A DNA stretch of 64,000 nucleotides from positions 4,720 to 68,719 of the forward strand of contig DASXFV010000038.1 in assembly GCA_036489445.1 (NCBI GenBank). Direction: 5' to 3'. Made by a program: the position numbers and the translations under genes. The notes under the pieces were generated by a model. The model had not been told where the DNA came from, did not search any database, and saw nothing but the letters and a program-made list of their open reading frames with translations. The stretch comes from Steroidobacteraceae bacterium (GTDB lineage: Bacteria > Pseudomonadota > Gammaproteobacteria > Steroidobacterales > Steroidobacteraceae). Position 1 is the first letter of the stretch; every line of letters starts with the position of its first letter. Below, piece after piece: positions 17,218 to 28,940 of the stretch.

Positions 17218-20200
17218 ATGAACAAGTGTGCACCGCATATGCGGCCCGGCAAGCAGGGCCTGTACGATCCGCAGTTTGAGCACGATGCCTGCGGGGTCGG
17301 CTTCGTTGTCGACATAAAGGGCCGCAAATCCCACCGGATCGTGCAACAGGCCATTCAGGTCCTGCGCAATCTGGATCACCGCGGCGCGAGCGGCAGCGAA
17401 ATCAACACCGGCGACGGCGCTGGGGTGCTGTTGCAGATGCCCCATGGCTTCTTCAAAGAGGTCGCCCGCAAGGCGCGCCTGAGCCTGCCGGCGCCCGGAG
17501 CCTATGGCAGCGGCATCATTTTCCTGCCGCGCAACCCCACCCGGCGGCGGCGGCTGGAAGAGCATTTCGAACAGATCGTGCAGTCGGAGGGCCAGAGCAT
17601 TATCGGCTGGCGCACGCTGCCGACCGACAACTCCATGCTCGGCGAGACTGCCAAGGCCAGTGAGCCCACCATGCGCCAGGTGTTCATCGGTCGCGACCCG
17701 GCATTGACGGACGAGGCCGTGTTCGAGCGCAAGCTGTACGTCATTCGCAAGCGCGCGTACAGCGAGATCCGCGCTTCCACGATGGATGGGGCGGAGTACT
17801 GGTACGTGGCCAGCCTGTCGCACAAGACCATTGTCTACAAGGGCATGCTGCTGACCGGACAGCTGCCGGAGTACTTCCGGGATCTGAACGATCCGGCCAT
17901 GGAGACGGCGCTGGCGCTGGTGCATTCGCGTTTCAGCACCAACACCTTTCCCAGCTGGGATCGCTCGCATCCGTACCGCTACATCGCCCACAACGGCGAA
18001 ATCAATACCCTGCGCGGCAACATCAACTGGATGAAGGCCCGGGAGGCGCTGTTTGAATCCGATGTGTTCGGCGAGGACGTGAAGAAGATCCTGCCGATCG
18101 TCAATCCCAATGGCAGCGACTCGGCGATGTTCGACAATACGCTGGAGCTGCTGGTGCTCGCCGGGCGCTCGCTGCCGCACGCCGTCATGATGATGATCCC
18201 GGAGCCGTGGTCGAACCACGAGCAGATGGATGATTCGCTGCGCGCGTTCTACGAATTCCACTCCAGCCTGATGGAGCCCTGGGATGGTCCGGCCTCCATC
18301 GCGTTCACGGATGGTCGCAAGATCGGCGCCGTGCTCGACCGCAATGGCCTGCGGCCCTCGCGTTACTACGTGACCAAGGACGGCATGGTGGTGATGGCCT
18401 CCGAGGCCGGCGTGCTGGACCTGCCACCCGAGGACATCCTGATGAAGGGGCGGCTGCAGCCCGGGCGCATGTTCCTGGTGGACACCGAGGCCGGACGCAT
18501 CGTCGAGGACGAGGAGATCAAGCGCCAGGTCGCCAGTGAGCGGCCGTATCGGCAGTGGCTGGATGAGCATCTGCTGCACCTGGAGGATCTGCCAGCGGCC
18601 CCTGAAGTGCCGGTGCCGGATCACGACACGCTGGTGCAGCGCCAGATCGCCTTTGGCTACACCTTTGAAGATCTGCGGGTGCTGCTGAGCCCGATGGCCA
18701 AGAGTGGCGTGGAAGCCGTGGGATCCATGGGGAACGATGCGGCGCTCGCCGCGCTATCGGCCAAGCCGCGGCTGCTGTACGACTACTTCAAGCAGTTGTT
18801 CGCGCAGGTCACCAACCCCCCCATCGACTGCATCCGCGAGGAGCTCATCACGGCCTCGGAGGTCTGGCTGGGTTCTGAGGGCAATCTGCTGATGCCACAG
18901 CGTGCCGATTGCCGGCGCCTGGAGCTGCGGGGCCCCATCCTCACCAATGAGGAGTTCGCCAAGGTGCGACGGCTGCACGCACCGGGATTGAAGGTCGGTG
19001 TGCTCTCGATCCTGTTTCGCGCCACACGCGGCGAGCGCGGCCTGGTCAAAGCCATTGAAGAGCTGCGCCTGGCGGCGCAGCGCATGGTGAAGGACGAGGA
19101 GGTCAACATTCTCATCCTCAGCGATCGTGGTGTGAACCGCGAGTTCGCTGCCGTGCCCTCACTGCTGGCCGTCTCGGCCCTGCACCACTACCTGATCCGC
19201 GAAGGCCAGCGCACCCGCGTGAGCCTGGTGCTGGAAACCGGCGAGGCGCGCGAGGTGCATCACTTCTCGCTGCTCATCGGTTATGGCTGCAGCGCCATCA
19301 ATCCGTACCTGGCGTTCGAGACGCTGGACGGCATGATCCGTGACGAGTTCCTGCAGGACATCGATCACGCCAAGGCCTGCAGCAACTTCTCCAAGGCGGC
19401 CACCAAGGGCGTCGTCAAAGTGATGTCCAAGATGGGCATCTCCGCCGTGCAGAGCTATCACGGTGCCCAGGTGTTCGAGGCCGTGGGCCTGCGCCAGGAC
19501 CTGATCGACGAGTACTTCACCTGGACGTCCTCGCGCATCGGAGGCATTGGCATGGATGTCGTTGCGCAGGAGATCCTGATGCGGCATCGCGCAGCCTTCC
19601 CTGCTCGCGGGACTCATGCGGTCGCGTTGGCGGCCGGTGGCCAGTACCAGTGGCGCAGCGATGGTGAAACCCATCTGTTCAGCCCCGAGGCCATCCATCG
19701 CCTGCAGAAGGCGGTGCGCACCGGGAGCTTCCCCACCTACAAGTCCTATGCGCAGCTGATCGATGATCAGTCCACCAACCTGTGCACGCTGCGCGGCCTG
19801 CTGGAGTTCAAGGCCGGGGATGCCGTCCCCATCGAGGAAGTCGAGTCGGTCGAGAGCATCGTCAAGCGCTTCAAGACCGGCGCCATGTCCTATGGCTCCA
19901 TCAGCAAGGAGGCGCACGAGACCCTGGCCATCGCCATGAACCGCATCGGGGGCAAGAGCAACACCGGTGAGGGCGGCGAGGACCCGGAGCGCTACCTGCC
20001 GCTGCCGAACGGGGATTCGCGCAACTCCGCCATCAAGCAGGTGGCCTCGGGGCGCTTCGGCGTGACCAGCGAATATCTGATCAACGCGCGCGAACTGCAG
20101 ATCAAGATGGCGCAGGGTGCCAAGCCCGGCGAAGGCGGTCAGCTGCCCGGGAGCAAGGTGTATCCGTGGATAGCGAAGACCCGGCTTACCACGGCCGGCG

Positions 20201-21825
20201 TCGGCCTGATCTCGCCGCCGCCGCACCATGACATCTATTCCATCGAGGATCTGGCCGAGCTGATCCACGATCTCAAGAACGGCAACCGCGATGCGCGCAT
20301 CAGCGTGAAACTGGTGGCTGAAGTCGGCGTGGGGACCATTGCCGCGGGCGTCGCCAAGGCGCATGCGGAAGTGGTGCTGATCAGTGGCTATGACGGCGGG
20401 ACCGGAGCTTCGCCTCAGACCTCGATCACCCATGCCGGCCTGCCCTGGGAGCTGGGGCTGGCCGAGACGCACCAGACGCTGGTGCTGAACAACCTGCGCA
20501 GCCGCATCACGGTGGAGACCGACGGACAGTTGAAGACCGGGCGCGACGTGGCCATTGCAGCCTTGCTGGGTGCGGAGGAGTTTGGCTTTGCCACCGCGCC
20601 GCTGGTCTCGGTGGGCTGCATCATGATGCGCGTGTGTCACCTGAACACCTGCCCGGCAGGCGTTGCGACCCAGGATCCGAAGCTGCGCGAGCGTTTCGCC
20701 GGATCTCCGGAACATGTCGTGAATTTCATGCGCTTCGTCGCGCAGGACCTGCGCCAGATCATGGCGCAGCTGGGCTTCCGCACGCTCAATGAAATGGTGG
20801 GTCGCGTGGACCGCCTGGAACCGCGCAAGGCCATTGCTCACTGGAAGGCACTCGGTTTCGACTTCTCGAACATCCTGTATCAGCCGGACATGGGTCCGGA
20901 GATCGGCCGCTACTGCACTGACACCCAGGATCATGGCCTGGAAAAGTCGCTGGATGTGACCACGCTGCTGGACCTGTGCAAGCCGGCGATCGAGCGCGGC
21001 GAGGCCGTGACGGCGGACCTCAATATCCGCAATGTCAACCGGGTCGTCGGCACCATCACCGGCAGCGCGATCACGCGTCGCTGGGGCGCCAAGGGACTGC
21101 CGGAGGACACGATACAGCTGCGTTTCAAGGGCTCCGCGGGGCAGAGCTTCGGTGCCTTCATGCCGCCGGGCATGACGTTCCGGCTCGAGGGCGACGCCAA
21201 CGACTACGTCGGCAAGGGACTCTCCGGCGGGCGGATCATTGTCAGCCCGTCACCGGCTGCCACCTTCATCGCCGAAGACAACATCATCATCGGCAACGTG
21301 GCGCTGTACGGCGCGACCTCGGGTGAGGCGTATTTCCGCGGTATGGCCGGCGAGCGCTTCGGGGTGCGCAACAGCGGCGTCTGGACCGTTGTCGAAGGGG
21401 TCGGTGATCACGGCTGCGAGTACATGACCGGTGGCCGCGTCGTGGTCCTGGGGCCCACGGGCCGCAACTTTGCCGCAGGCATGTCCGGTGGCATCGCCTA
21501 TGTGCTGGATGAGGCCGGCGACTGCCGCAACCACATCAACAAGCAGATGGTGGCGATCGCTGAAGTCGAGGACCCAGAGGACATTGCCGAGCTGCATGAC
21601 CTTATCGAGCGTCACTGGCAGCACACCCGCAGCAATCGTGCGCGGCGCCTCCTGGATGCCTGGGAGCTGAGTATCGCGAAGTTCGTGAAGGTCACCCCGA
21701 AGGACTACCAGCGGGTGCTGGCCTGCATCAAGAAAGCGCATGACCAGGGACTGACGGGGGATGAGGCCATCATGGCCGCGTTCGAAGAAAATGCGCGCGA
21801 CCTCGCGCGTGTAGGCGGGAATTGA
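17218..21825 (+). CDS. gltB: glutamate synthase large subunit
   Basis: [16 protein letters not shown] amidotransferase N-terminus, FMN/Fe-S central domain and GXGXG C-terminal domain. ATG at 17218 chosen inside track ORF 17158..21825. Confidence 0.95.
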   Translation: MNKCAPHMRPGKQGLYDPQFEHDACGVGFVVDIKGRKSHRIVQQAIQVLRNLDHRGASGSEINTGDGAGVLLQMPHGFFKEVARKARLSLPAPGAYGSGIIFLPRNPTRRRRLEEHFEQIVQSEGQSIIGWRTLPTDNSMLGETAKASEPTMRQVFIGRDPALTDEAVFERKLYVIRKRAYSEIRASTMDGAEYWYVASLSHKTIVYKGMLLTGQLPEYFRDLNDPAMETALALVHSRFSTNTFPSWDRSHPYRYIAHNGEINTLRGNINWMKAREALFESDVFGEDVKKILPIVNPNGSDSAMFDNTLELLVLAGRSLPHAVMMMIPEPWSNHEQMDDSLRAFYEFHSSLMEPWDGPASIAFTDGRKIGAVLDRNGLRPSRYYVTKDGMVVMASEAGVLDLPPEDILMKGRLQPGRMFLVDTEAGRIVEDEEIKRQVASERPYRQWLDEHLLHLEDLPAAPEVPVPDHDTLVQRQIAFGYTFEDLRVLLSPMAKSGVEAVGSMGNDAALAALSAKPRLLYDYFKQLFAQVTNPPIDCIREELITASEVWLGSEGNLLMPQRADCRRLELRGPILTNEEFAKVRRLHAPGLKVGVLSILFRATRGERGLVKAIEELRLAAQRMVKDEEVNILILSDRGVNREFAAVPSLLAVSALHHYLIREGQRTRVSLVLETGEAREVHHFSLLIGYGCSAINPYLAFETLDGMIRDEFLQDIDHAKACSNFSKAATKGVVKVMSKMGISAVQSYHGAQVFEAVGLRQDLIDEYFTWTSSRIGGIGMDVVAQEILMRHRAAFPARGTHAVALAAGGQYQWRSDGETHLFSPEAIHRLQKAVRTGSFPTYKSYAQLIDDQSTNLCTLRGLLEFKAGDAVPIEEVESVESIVKRFKTGAMSYGSISKEAHETLAIAMNRIGGKSNTGEGGEDPERYLPLPNGDSRNSAIKQVASGRFGVTSEYLINARELQIKMAQGAKPGEGGQLPGSKVYPWIAKTRLTTAGVGLISPPPHHDIYSIEDLAELIHDLKNGNRDARISVKLVAEVGVGTIAAGVAKAHAEVVLISGYDGGTGASPQTSITHAGLPWELGLAETHQTLVLNNLRSRITVETDGQLKTGRDVAIAALLGAEEFGFATAPLVSVGCIMMRVCHLNTCPAGVATQDPKLRERFAGSPEHVVNFMRFVAQDLRQIMAQLGFRTLNEMVGRVDRLEPRKAIAHWKALGFDFSNILYQPDMGPEIGRYCTDTQDHGLEKSLDVTTLLDLCKPAIERGEAVTADLNIRNVNRVVGTITGSAITRRWGAKGLPEDTIQLRFKGSAGQSFGAFMPPGMTFRLEGDANDYVGKGLSGGRIIVSPSPAATFIAEDNIIIGNVALYGATSGEAYFRGMAGERFGVRNSGVWTVVEGVGDHGCEYMTGGRVVVLGPTGRNFAAGMSGGIAYVLDEAGDCRNHINKQMVAIAEVEDPEDIAELHDLIERHWQHTRSNRARRLLDAWELSIAKFVKVTPKDYQRVLACIKKAHDQGLTGDEAIMAAFEENARDLARVGGN

Positions 21826-21833
21826 GTTTCATC

Positions 21834-23315
21834 ATGGGAAAGCCGACCGGATTCATCGAGTACCTGCGGGAACTGCCCGTCGACCGCCTGCCGCTGGAGC
21901 GCATTCAGGACTGGCGTGAGTTCCACTTCCACATGGACGACAAGCGCCTGCGCCAGCAGGGTGCACGTTGCATGGACTGCGGCGTGCCCTTCTGCCACAC
22001 GGGCAAACTGCTGAACGGGGGTGCTTCCGGTTGCCCGGTCAATAATCTGATTCCCGAGTGGAATGACCTGGTGTACCGCGGCCTGTGGCGCGAAGCGCTG
22101 GAGCGGCTGCACAAGACCAACAACTTCCCGGAGTTCACCGGTCGGGTGTGCCCGGCACCCTGTGAAGGTTCCTGTGTGCTGGGCATCAACGCCCCGCCGG
22201 TGACCATCAAGAACATTGAAAACTCCATCATCGACAAGGGTTGGGATGAGGGTTGGGTGCTGCCAAGCACGCCGGCGGAACGCAGCGGCAAGACTGTCGC
22301 CGTGGTGGGTTCGGGGCCTGCGGGGCTGGCGGCGGCTGCGCAGCTGAACCAGGCCGGCCATCAGGTCACGGTGTTCGAGCGCGAGGATCTCCCCGGTGGC
22401 CTATTGATGTATGGCATTCCAAACATGAAACTCGACAAGCGTGACGTGGTCATGCGTCGAATACGGCTCATGGAAGAGTCGGGCATCAAGTTCCAGTGCG
22501 GCGCCAATGTGGGCACCAATGTCGATGCCCAGAACCTGCGCAAGGAATTCGACGCCCTCGTGCTGTGCACCGGCGCCACCGTGCCGCGTGACCTGAACGT
22601 CGAGGGTCGGCAGCTGGGGGGTGTGCACTTCGCGATGGATTACCTGACTGGCAGCACCAAGGCCCTGCTCAACGGCGGCGCGGACGATGCGCCGATTCAT
22701 GCCAGGGATAAGGATGTCATCGTGATCGGCGGTGGTGACACCGGCACGGATTGCGTGGGCACCGCCATGCGGCAGGGCTGCCGCAGCCTGACCCAGTTTG
22801 AAATCATGCCCGAGCCGCCGCAGGATCGTGCCGCGGATAATCCCTGGCCGGAGTGGCCGAAGATCTATCGGATGGACTACGGCCAGGAGGAGGCGGCCGC
22901 CCGTTTCGGCAGCGATCCGCGGGTATTCCTGACCACCGTCAAGCAATTCACGGGGGATGCCAAGGGCGTGACGCAGCTGGCGACGGTGAAGGTCGGTTGG
23001 GACCGGGGTGCCGACGGACGTTTTCTTCCCAAGGAAGTCGCGGGGAGCGAGGAGAGCCGTCCCGCACAGCTGGTGCTCCTGGCCATGGGCTTTCTGGGAC
23101 CTGAGTCGCAGCTGGTCTGCGATCTGGGACTGCAGATCGATGCACGCACCAATGTCGAGGCCGAATACGGCAAGTTCGCCACCACCGCGCCGGGCATCTT
23201 CGCCGCCGGCGATTGCCGTCGCGGCCAGAGCCTGGTCGTGTGGGCCATCAATGAGGGGCGCGGTGCCGCGCGCGAGTGCGATCGCTATCTGACGGGGGCC
23301 ACGGATCTGCCGTAA
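21834..23315 (+). CDS. gltD: glutamate synthase small subunit
   Basis: [10 protein letters not shown]... N-terminus, Cys clusters ([19 protein letters not shown]), NAD(P)H-binding [14 protein letters not shown]. Confidence 0.95.
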   Translation: MGKPTGFIEYLRELPVDRLPLERIQDWREFHFHMDDKRLRQQGARCMDCGVPFCHTGKLLNGGASGCPVNNLIPEWNDLVYRGLWREALERLHKTNNFPEFTGRVCPAPCEGSCVLGINAPPVTIKNIENSIIDKGWDEGWVLPSTPAERSGKTVAVVGSGPAGLAAAAQLNQAGHQVTVFEREDLPGGLLMYGIPNMKLDKRDVVMRRIRLMEESGIKFQCGANVGTNVDAQNLRKEFDALVLCTGATVPRDLNVEGRQLGGVHFAMDYLTGSTKALLNGGADDAPIHARDKDVIVIGGGDTGTDCVGTAMRQGCRSLTQFEIMPEPPQDRAADNPWPEWPKIYRMDYGQEEAAARFGSDPRVFLTTVKQFTGDAKGVTQLATVKVGWDRGADGRFLPKEVAGSEESRPAQLVLLAMGFLGPESQLVCDLGLQIDARTNVEAEYGKFATTAPGIFAAGDCRRGQSLVVWAINEGRGAARECDRYLTGATDLP

Positions 23316-23330
23316 GTGCGCCGCGAGCCC

Positions 23331-23798
23331 TCAGTGTTTGCCCGGGTCCTTGAGTCGCGCCTTGGCCCGGGCCGTCAGCTGCTGCACCAGCAGCACGCGC
23401 CAATCATCCTTGGGTAGTGCGCCGCCTTGCGGCAGCAGCCGCTGCGCCAGATCCGGCTGTTCCTGCTGTCGCGCCTGGAAGGCCTCGAAATCATCGTTGA
23501 AGCGGATCTTCGCCTTCACCGCGTCGGCAGTGTTGAAACGCGCCCAGTACGTCCAGAACTGTTTGGTCTCATGGACCGCATCGTCAGTGGAGAGGGCAGC
23601 GGTGGTACACACAACCGGGCTGGGCTCGCCTTCCGGGGCGCCGTGACCCGCTTTCCACAGACATACGAACAGCGAGCGCTCCAGAGTGTCCGCATCATTC
23701 AAATCCGCGAGGGTGTAGTCAGCGGCCTGCGCGACCGACAGTGCGCACAGGATTGCGGCGCAGGAGGGCGGCAGCAGTTGGCGGATTCTTGCGGTCAT
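23331..23798 (-). CDS. hypothetical secreted protein
   Basis: 155-aa ORF with a plausible signal peptide (MTARIRQLLPPSCAAILCALSVAQA). No recognisable domain. Confidence 0.5.
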   Translation of the reverse strand: MTARIRQLLPPSCAAILCALSVAQAADYTLADLNDADTLERSLFVCLWKAGHGAPEGEPSPVVCTTAALSTDDAVHETKQFWTYWARFNTADAVKAKIRFNDDFEAFQARQQEQPDLAQRLLPQGGALPKDDWRVLLVQQLTARAKARLKDPGKH

Positions 23799-24076
23799 GC
23801 GGATTCGGCTCCAGATCTTGATTTCATCCTCCGGTCATCCAGGGGCAACTCACTGTCAGCCGATTCTTACACGCAGTAGCGTCTTCAACCGCTAGGCGCA
23901 GCACCAGATACCATGCTCGCGAACTGCAGCAGGTACGCGCAACCAGAATCTCATTCAGCCAGTGTCGTACCTGCGCTCCAATCACGATAATATAAATTCG
24001 GCGGCCGCGGCCTTGCCCGGTCGCCGCAAGATCCAAACAATCCCATTCGTTCCGGCTCTCCGACGAGAATCAGATC

Positions 24077-27000
24077 ATGGCTCAATCCTCGGCTCATTCG
24101 GGGCCCCCTCTGCCTCTGCCTGTCCTTGCTGGATTTGCCGCCGCAGTCATCGCGGTCATGCTGATAGCGGGGGTGTCCTACCAGGCCCAGCACCGCAGCA
24201 GCGTGGCGGCAGATGCCGTCACGCAGGGCGTCGAGCTGATCGTCCAGGTACAGAATCTGCTGTCCAGTACCAAGGATGCCGAGACCGGCGAGCGCGGCTA
24301 CCTGCTCACTGGCGATGACTCCTATCTGGAACCGTACGTGTCCGGTAGTGCAGCAATTGACGGTGAGCTGGTGCGGATACTTCCGCTCATTGGCCAGGAT
24401 CCCGCACAGCGGCAGCGGCTGGATCAGCTTCGGGGGCTGATTGCCGCCAGGCTGAACGTATTGGTCAGCGGCATCACCCTGAAACGGGCCGGCAAGTCCG
24501 AAGAAGCGCTGGCCACCGTGAGAACGGACCGCGGCAAGGTGCTGATGGACCGGATTCGCGCGCTGGTTGATGAGATCCAGAATGCCAACCGCGCGCAGCT
24601 CGCGCAACGCCAGCAGGAAGCGCGACAGACTGCGGAGCTGGCCACCCGCATCACCTGGGTTGGCGCGGCAATTCTCCTGTTGCTGACCGCCGCCGCAGCG
24701 GCGCTGGTGTCCCGCGATTACCGGGCGAGGCAGCTGCAATCCTGGCTACGAGTCGGACAGATGGGCCTCAGCGAGCGCATTCAGGGGGATCTGACGCTCG
24801 AAAAGTTGGGCGACAACGTGGTGAGTTTCATCGCGCAGTATCTGGGTGCGCAGATCGGGGCGATGTACATTGCGGAAGGCCCCGGGCATTTCCGCCGTTT
24901 TGCCGGTTATGCACTGCCGGCAGGTTCACCCCACGAGTCCATCCGCAGTGGCGACAGCCTGATTGGCCAGGCTGCAAAAGACAATCAACTGCTGCATCTG
25001 GCTGACGTCCCCCAGAACTACATGCTGCCGATCACCTCGGCACTCGGACAGGGGGTGCCACGCGAAATATTGATTGCGCCTGCCAGCATCGATCGTACCG
25101 CGCACGCCGCCATCGAGCTGGGTTTCCTGGGACGCACGGATGAGTCGCACCGGCAATTGCTCACGCTGCTGTCGACGATGATCGCGGTGGCGGTGCGCAC
25201 CTCGAAGGACCGCACCCGACTCGAGGAGCTGCTGGAGGAGACGCAGCGGCAGGCCGAGGAGCTGCAGACGCAGCAGGAGGAGCTGCGCGTCAACAACGAG
25301 GAACTCGATGAACAAAGCCGCGCGCTGAAGGAATCTCACACGCAGATGGAGTCCCAACAAGTCGAGCTTGAGCAGACGAACTCCCAGCTTGAAGAGCAGA
25401 CCCAACTGCTGGAACACCAACAGGAGGCCCTTGCCAAGCAGCAAGGCCTGCTGGTGGAGCGCGCGGCGGCGCTCGAGCGCGCGAATCTGTACAAGAGTCA
25501 ATTTCTGGCCAACATGAGTCACGAGCTGCGCACCCCGCTCAACTCGACCCTGATTCTTGCCAAGCTGCTCGCCGATAACAAGGATGGCAACCTCACCGAG
25601 CAGCAGGTCAAATTCGCGCGCACCATCTCCAACGCGGGCAACGATCTGCTCGCGTTGATCAACGACGTGCTCGACCTTTCCAAGATCGAGGCCGGAAAGA
25701 TCGATCTGAAGCCCCAGACCGTGCTGCTTGCCAAGGCGGTCGAGGAGCAGGGCAAGCTGTTCCAGCCGCTGGCTGAGAAGCGCGGCATACAATTCAGCGC
25801 GACGGTTCTTCCGGGGACTACGGAGACGATCATGACGGACCCACAGCGTCTGGGTCAGATTCTCAAGAACCTGTGCTCGAATGCGCTGAAGTTCACCGAG
25901 CAGGGCGAAGTAGCCCTCAAGGTGTCCTCAGACGCCGACGCCATATACTTCGCTGTCAGCGATACCGGTGTCGGTATCCCCGAAGGCCAGCATCGCAATA
26001 TCTTTGAGGCATTTCAGCAGGCCGATGGCAGCATCCATCGCAAGTTCGGCGGCACCGGCCTGGGGCTGTCCATTTCCCGCGATCTGGCACACCGGCTTGG
26101 TGGCCAGATCACCTTGCAAAGCATTGTCGGCAAGGGCAGCGTCTTCACGCTGGCGCTCCCGCACGACCTGCCGCTGCAGTCGGAGCTCGCGCCTGCGGCC
26201 GCCAAATCCGGCGCCAGCCGGGGAGCGGTGGCCGAAATTCCTGCACCACCACCCCGAAAGCCCGCTCCGGCGCACATCGAGGATGACCGCGGGCAGCTGT
26301 TGCCCCAGGCGCGGCGCATTCTCATCATCGAGGATGACGTGGCCTTCGCGGCGATTCTGCGCGACCTCGCGCGTGAAATGGACTTTCAGTGCATCGTCAC
26401 GCATTCCGCGAGCGAAGGCCTGCTGGCTGCCGCGGAGTTCAAGCCGAATGCGATCCTGCTCGACATCAATCTTCCCGATTACTCCGGTTTAGGAGTCCTG
26501 GAACAACTGAAGCGTAATTCTGCGACGCGACACATCCCAGTGCACGTTGCCTCCGTCGCCGACCACGTTCACGGTGCGCTCGAGCTCGGCGCGGTCGGTT
26601 ATGCATTGAAGCCGGTCTCGCGGGAGCAGCTCATCGAGGCGTTACGGCGTCTGGAAACCAAGCTCTCACAGGGCATGCGTCACGTGCTCGTCGTGGAGGA
26701 CGACGAACGCCAGAGGGATAGCATTCGCGAGTTGCTCACCATGGCCGATCTGCAGATCACGGCGGTAGACACCGCCGGGAAGGCGCTCGATGCCTTGCGG
26801 AGCGTGACCTTCGACTGCATGGTCATGGATTTGAGCCTGCCTGACTTCAGCGGCTTCGAATTGCTCCGACGCATGGCGGAACAGGAGGAGGTGTCGGTTC
26901 CACCTGTCATCGTTTATACCGGTCGGGCCTTGAGCGCGGATGATGAGCAGAACCTCAGGCGCTTCTCAAAGTCGATCATTCTCAAGGATGCACGCTCGCC

Positions 27001-27493
27001 TGAGCGGCTGCTGGATGAGGTGACGCTGTTCCTGCATCAGGTCGAATCCAGCCTGCCGGCCGAGCGGCAGCGCATGCTGAAGGTGGCGCGCGATCAGGAC
27101 GTCGCGTTTGAACGGCGCCGGATTCTCATCGTGGAGGATGACGTGCGAAATGTCTTTGCGCTCACGAGCGTCCTCGAGCCGAAGGGGGCCCAGGTGCAGA
27201 TCGCACGCAATGGCCGGGAAGCACTCGATGCCCTGAAGGACGCGGCGGGCGGCGCGCCGCGCATCGATCTGGTGCTGATGGACATCATGATGCCGGAGAT
27301 GGACGGCATCACCGCCATGCGGGAAATCCGCAAGCGACCGGTATGGAAAAAACTGCCCATCATCGCCCTGACCGCCAAGGCCATGCAGGACGATCTGGAG
27401 GCCTGCATGGCTGCCGGGGCCAATGACTATATCGCCAAGCCCCTGGATGTCGAAAAACTTCTATCCCTGATCCGCGTATGGATGCCGAAATAG
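24077..27493 (+). CDS. hybrid sensor histidine kinase (CHASE3-TM-GAF-coiled coil-HisKA-HATPase plus three receiver domains)
   Basis: CHASE3-like periplasmic part (TKDAETGERGYLLTGDDSYLEPY). H-box SHELRTPLNS. G-boxes DTGVGI and GGTGLGLSI. Three DxxxPxxxG receiver cores (LLDINLPDYSG, VMDLSLPDFSG, LMDIMMPEMDG). Confidence 0.9.
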   Translation: MAQSSAHSGPPLPLPVLAGFAAAVIAVMLIAGVSYQAQHRSSVAADAVTQGVELIVQVQNLLSSTKDAETGERGYLLTGDDSYLEPYVSGSAAIDGELVRILPLIGQDPAQRQRLDQLRGLIAARLNVLVSGITLKRAGKSEEALATVRTDRGKVLMDRIRALVDEIQNANRAQLAQRQQEARQTAELATRITWVGAAILLLLTAAAAALVSRDYRARQLQSWLRVGQMGLSERIQGDLTLEKLGDNVVSFIAQYLGAQIGAMYIAEGPGHFRRFAGYALPAGSPHESIRSGDSLIGQAAKDNQLLHLADVPQNYMLPITSALGQGVPREILIAPASIDRTAHAAIELGFLGRTDESHRQLLTLLSTMIAVAVRTSKDRTRLEELLEETQRQAEELQTQQEELRVNNEELDEQSRALKESHTQMESQQVELEQTNSQLEEQTQLLEHQQEALAKQQGLLVERAAALERANLYKSQFLANMSHELRTPLNSTLILAKLLADNKDGNLTEQQVKFARTISNAGNDLLALINDVLDLSKIEAGKIDLKPQTVLLAKAVEEQGKLFQPLAEKRGIQFSATVLPGTTETIMTDPQRLGQILKNLCSNALKFTEQGEVALKVSSDADAIYFAVSDTGVGIPEGQHRNIFEAFQQADGSIHRKFGGTGLGLSISRDLAHRLGGQITLQSIVGKGSVFTLALPHDLPLQSELAPAAAKSGASRGAVAEIPAPPPRKPAPAHIEDDRGQLLPQARRILIIEDDVAFAAILRDLAREMDFQCIVTHSASEGLLAAAEFKPNAILLDINLPDYSGLGVLEQLKRNSATRHIPVHVASVADHVHGALELGAVGYALKPVSREQLIEALRRLETKLSQGMRHVLVVEDDERQRDSIRELLTMADLQITAVDTAGKALDALRSVTFDCMVMDLSLPDFSGFELLRRMAEQEEVSVPPVIVYTGRALSADDEQNLRRFSKSIILKDARSPERLLDEVTLFLHQVESSLPAERQRMLKVARDQDVAFERRRILIVEDDVRNVFALTSVLEPKGAQVQIARNGREALDALKDAAGGAPRIDLVLMDIMMPEMDGITAMREIRKRPVWKKLPIIALTAKAMQDDLEACMAAGANDYIAKPLDVEKLLSLIRVWMPK

Positions 27494-28335
27494 ATTCCAC
27501 CTCCCCGGTTGGCGCCAAGCGGCTGGATATCGAGTTTCGACTCCTGATCGATGCGATTTACCAGATGTACCACTACGATTTTCGTGGCTATGCGGTGGCC
27601 TCGCTCAAGCGCCGCCTGCGCACGGCATTGGTGCGTTTCGATTGCCAAACGCTTTCGCAGCTGCAGGATCGACTGCTGAGCGAACCGCAATTCTTTGCCT
27701 CGCTGCTGAACTTCCTGACCGTGCCGGTGAGCGAGATGTTCCGCGATCCGGCCTACTTTCGTGCGATTCGCGAGCAGGTGGTGCCGCTGCTGCGCACCTA
27801 TCCGTCCCTGAAAGTCTGGGTTGCCGGATGCAGCACGGGGGAGGAGGTCTATTCGCTTGCGATTCTGCTGCGCGAGGAAGGTCTGCTGGAGCGTACCCTC
27901 ATCTATGCAACCGATATCAATCCGCAATCGCTGCAGAAGGCTGAAGCGGGTGTGTATGACATTGACCGGATTGCCGCCTTCACCGGCAATCATCAGCGCT
28001 CGGGGGCCCGCTGCTCGCTCTCCGACTATTACGTGGCGGCCTATGGGCGCGCCGTGTTCGACAAGTCGTTGCGGCGCCGCATCGTTTTTTCCGATCATAG
28101 TCTCGCCACGGATAGCGTCTTTGCGGAAGTGCACCTGGTCTCCTGCCGCAATGTACTGATCTACTTCAATCGTGAGCTGCAGGATCGGGCGCTGCGATTG
28201 TTTCGCGAGGCGCTGTGTCGTAAGGGCTTCCTGGGCATCGGTTCCAAGGAGTCGCTGCGGTTCTCGGCGGAGGCCGATTCCTTTGCCGACTTTGTCCGCG
28301 AGGAGCGGATCTTTCAGAAGCGGGATATGGCATGA
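27478..28335 (+). CDS. cheR: CheR-type protein-glutamate O-methyltransferase
   Basis: SEMFRDPAYFRAI..., SAM-binding VWVAGCSTGEEVYSLAILL, CRNVLIYF. Overlaps the kinase 3' end by 16 nt. Confidence 0.9.
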   Translation: MDAEIDSTSPVGAKRLDIEFRLLIDAIYQMYHYDFRGYAVASLKRRLRTALVRFDCQTLSQLQDRLLSEPQFFASLLNFLTVPVSEMFRDPAYFRAIREQVVPLLRTYPSLKVWVAGCSTGEEVYSLAILLREEGLLERTLIYATDINPQSLQKAEAGVYDIDRIAAFTGNHQRSGARCSLSDYYVAAYGRAVFDKSLRRRIVFSDHSLATDSVFAEVHLVSCRNVLIYFNRELQDRALRLFREALCRKGFLGIGSKESLRFSAEADSFADFVREERIFQKRDMA

Positions 28336-28940
28336 ACGAGGCGGTCTCCCTGGTCGGGCTGGCCGGGCGCGTCGATGCGGTTGTCATGGGTGCATCTGCG
28401 GGCGGCGTGGATGCCTTGCTGATGCTGCTGCCCGAGCTTTCCGCAAACTTTCGCCTGCCGATTTTCATTGTTGTGCATATGCCGCGCGATCGGCCGAGTC
28501 TTCTGTCGGAGATTTTTGCGCAAAAATGTGCATTGCCGGTCTGTGAGGCGCAGGACAAAGAGCCTGTGCGTCCGGGATGCATATATTTCGCACCATCCGA
28601 CTACCATCTGTTGATCGATGCGGGTCCGCAGCTGGCATTGTCCGCCGATGAGCCGGTCAATTACTCGCGGCCCTCAATCGACGTACTCTTCGAGTCCGCG
28701 GCCGATGTGTACGGACCGCGCCTGCTCGCCATCATTCTGACGGGCGCAAACGATGACGGTACGGAAGGTCTGGCCGCGGTGCGTGAGGCCGGCGGCATCA
28801 CGATCGTGCAACAGCCCCGCAGCGCCCAGGTCAAGCAAATGGTGATTTCGGCCTTGAATCGCAATCCCACCAGTCATGTTCTGGACCTGGAAGGTATTTC
28901 CGCGGTGCTGCATACCATGGATCAGGGCGTGACGGTATGA
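28332..28940 (+). CDS. cheB: CheB-type methylesterase/deamidase catalytic domain only (no receiver domain)
   Basis: VVMGASAGGVDAL (catalytic Ser), HMPRDRPS (His) and ILTGANDDG (Asp) motifs. 202 aa leaves no room for a REC domain. ATGA coupling on both sides. Confidence 0.85.
   Translation: MNEAVSLVGLAGRVDAVVMGASAGGVDALLMLLPELSANFRLPIFIVVHMPRDRPSLLSEIFAQKCALPVCEAQDKEPVRPGCIYFAPSDYHLLIDAGPQLALSADEPVNYSRPSIDVLFESAADVYGPRLLAIILTGANDDGTEGLAAVREAGGITIVQQPRSAQVKQMVISALNRNPTSHVLDLEGISAVLHTMDQGVTV

Noticed and set aside
19159-20934. 591-aa minus-strand ORF, and similar long antisense ORFs at 4236-5435, 14878-15951, 16894-18624, 30191-31195, 31141-32271, 33725-34894, 52812-54056, 55302-56420 and 60206-61624.
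   Set aside because: All lie antisense to or overlapping genes with unmistakable family signatures (gltB, acyltransferase, MMPL, MBL, DUF1592, DUF1552, hpn genes, coaBC). Their translations are Arg/Gly/Ala/His-rich low-complexity sequence. This is the stop-codon-poor antisense-frame artefact typical of GC-rich DNA.
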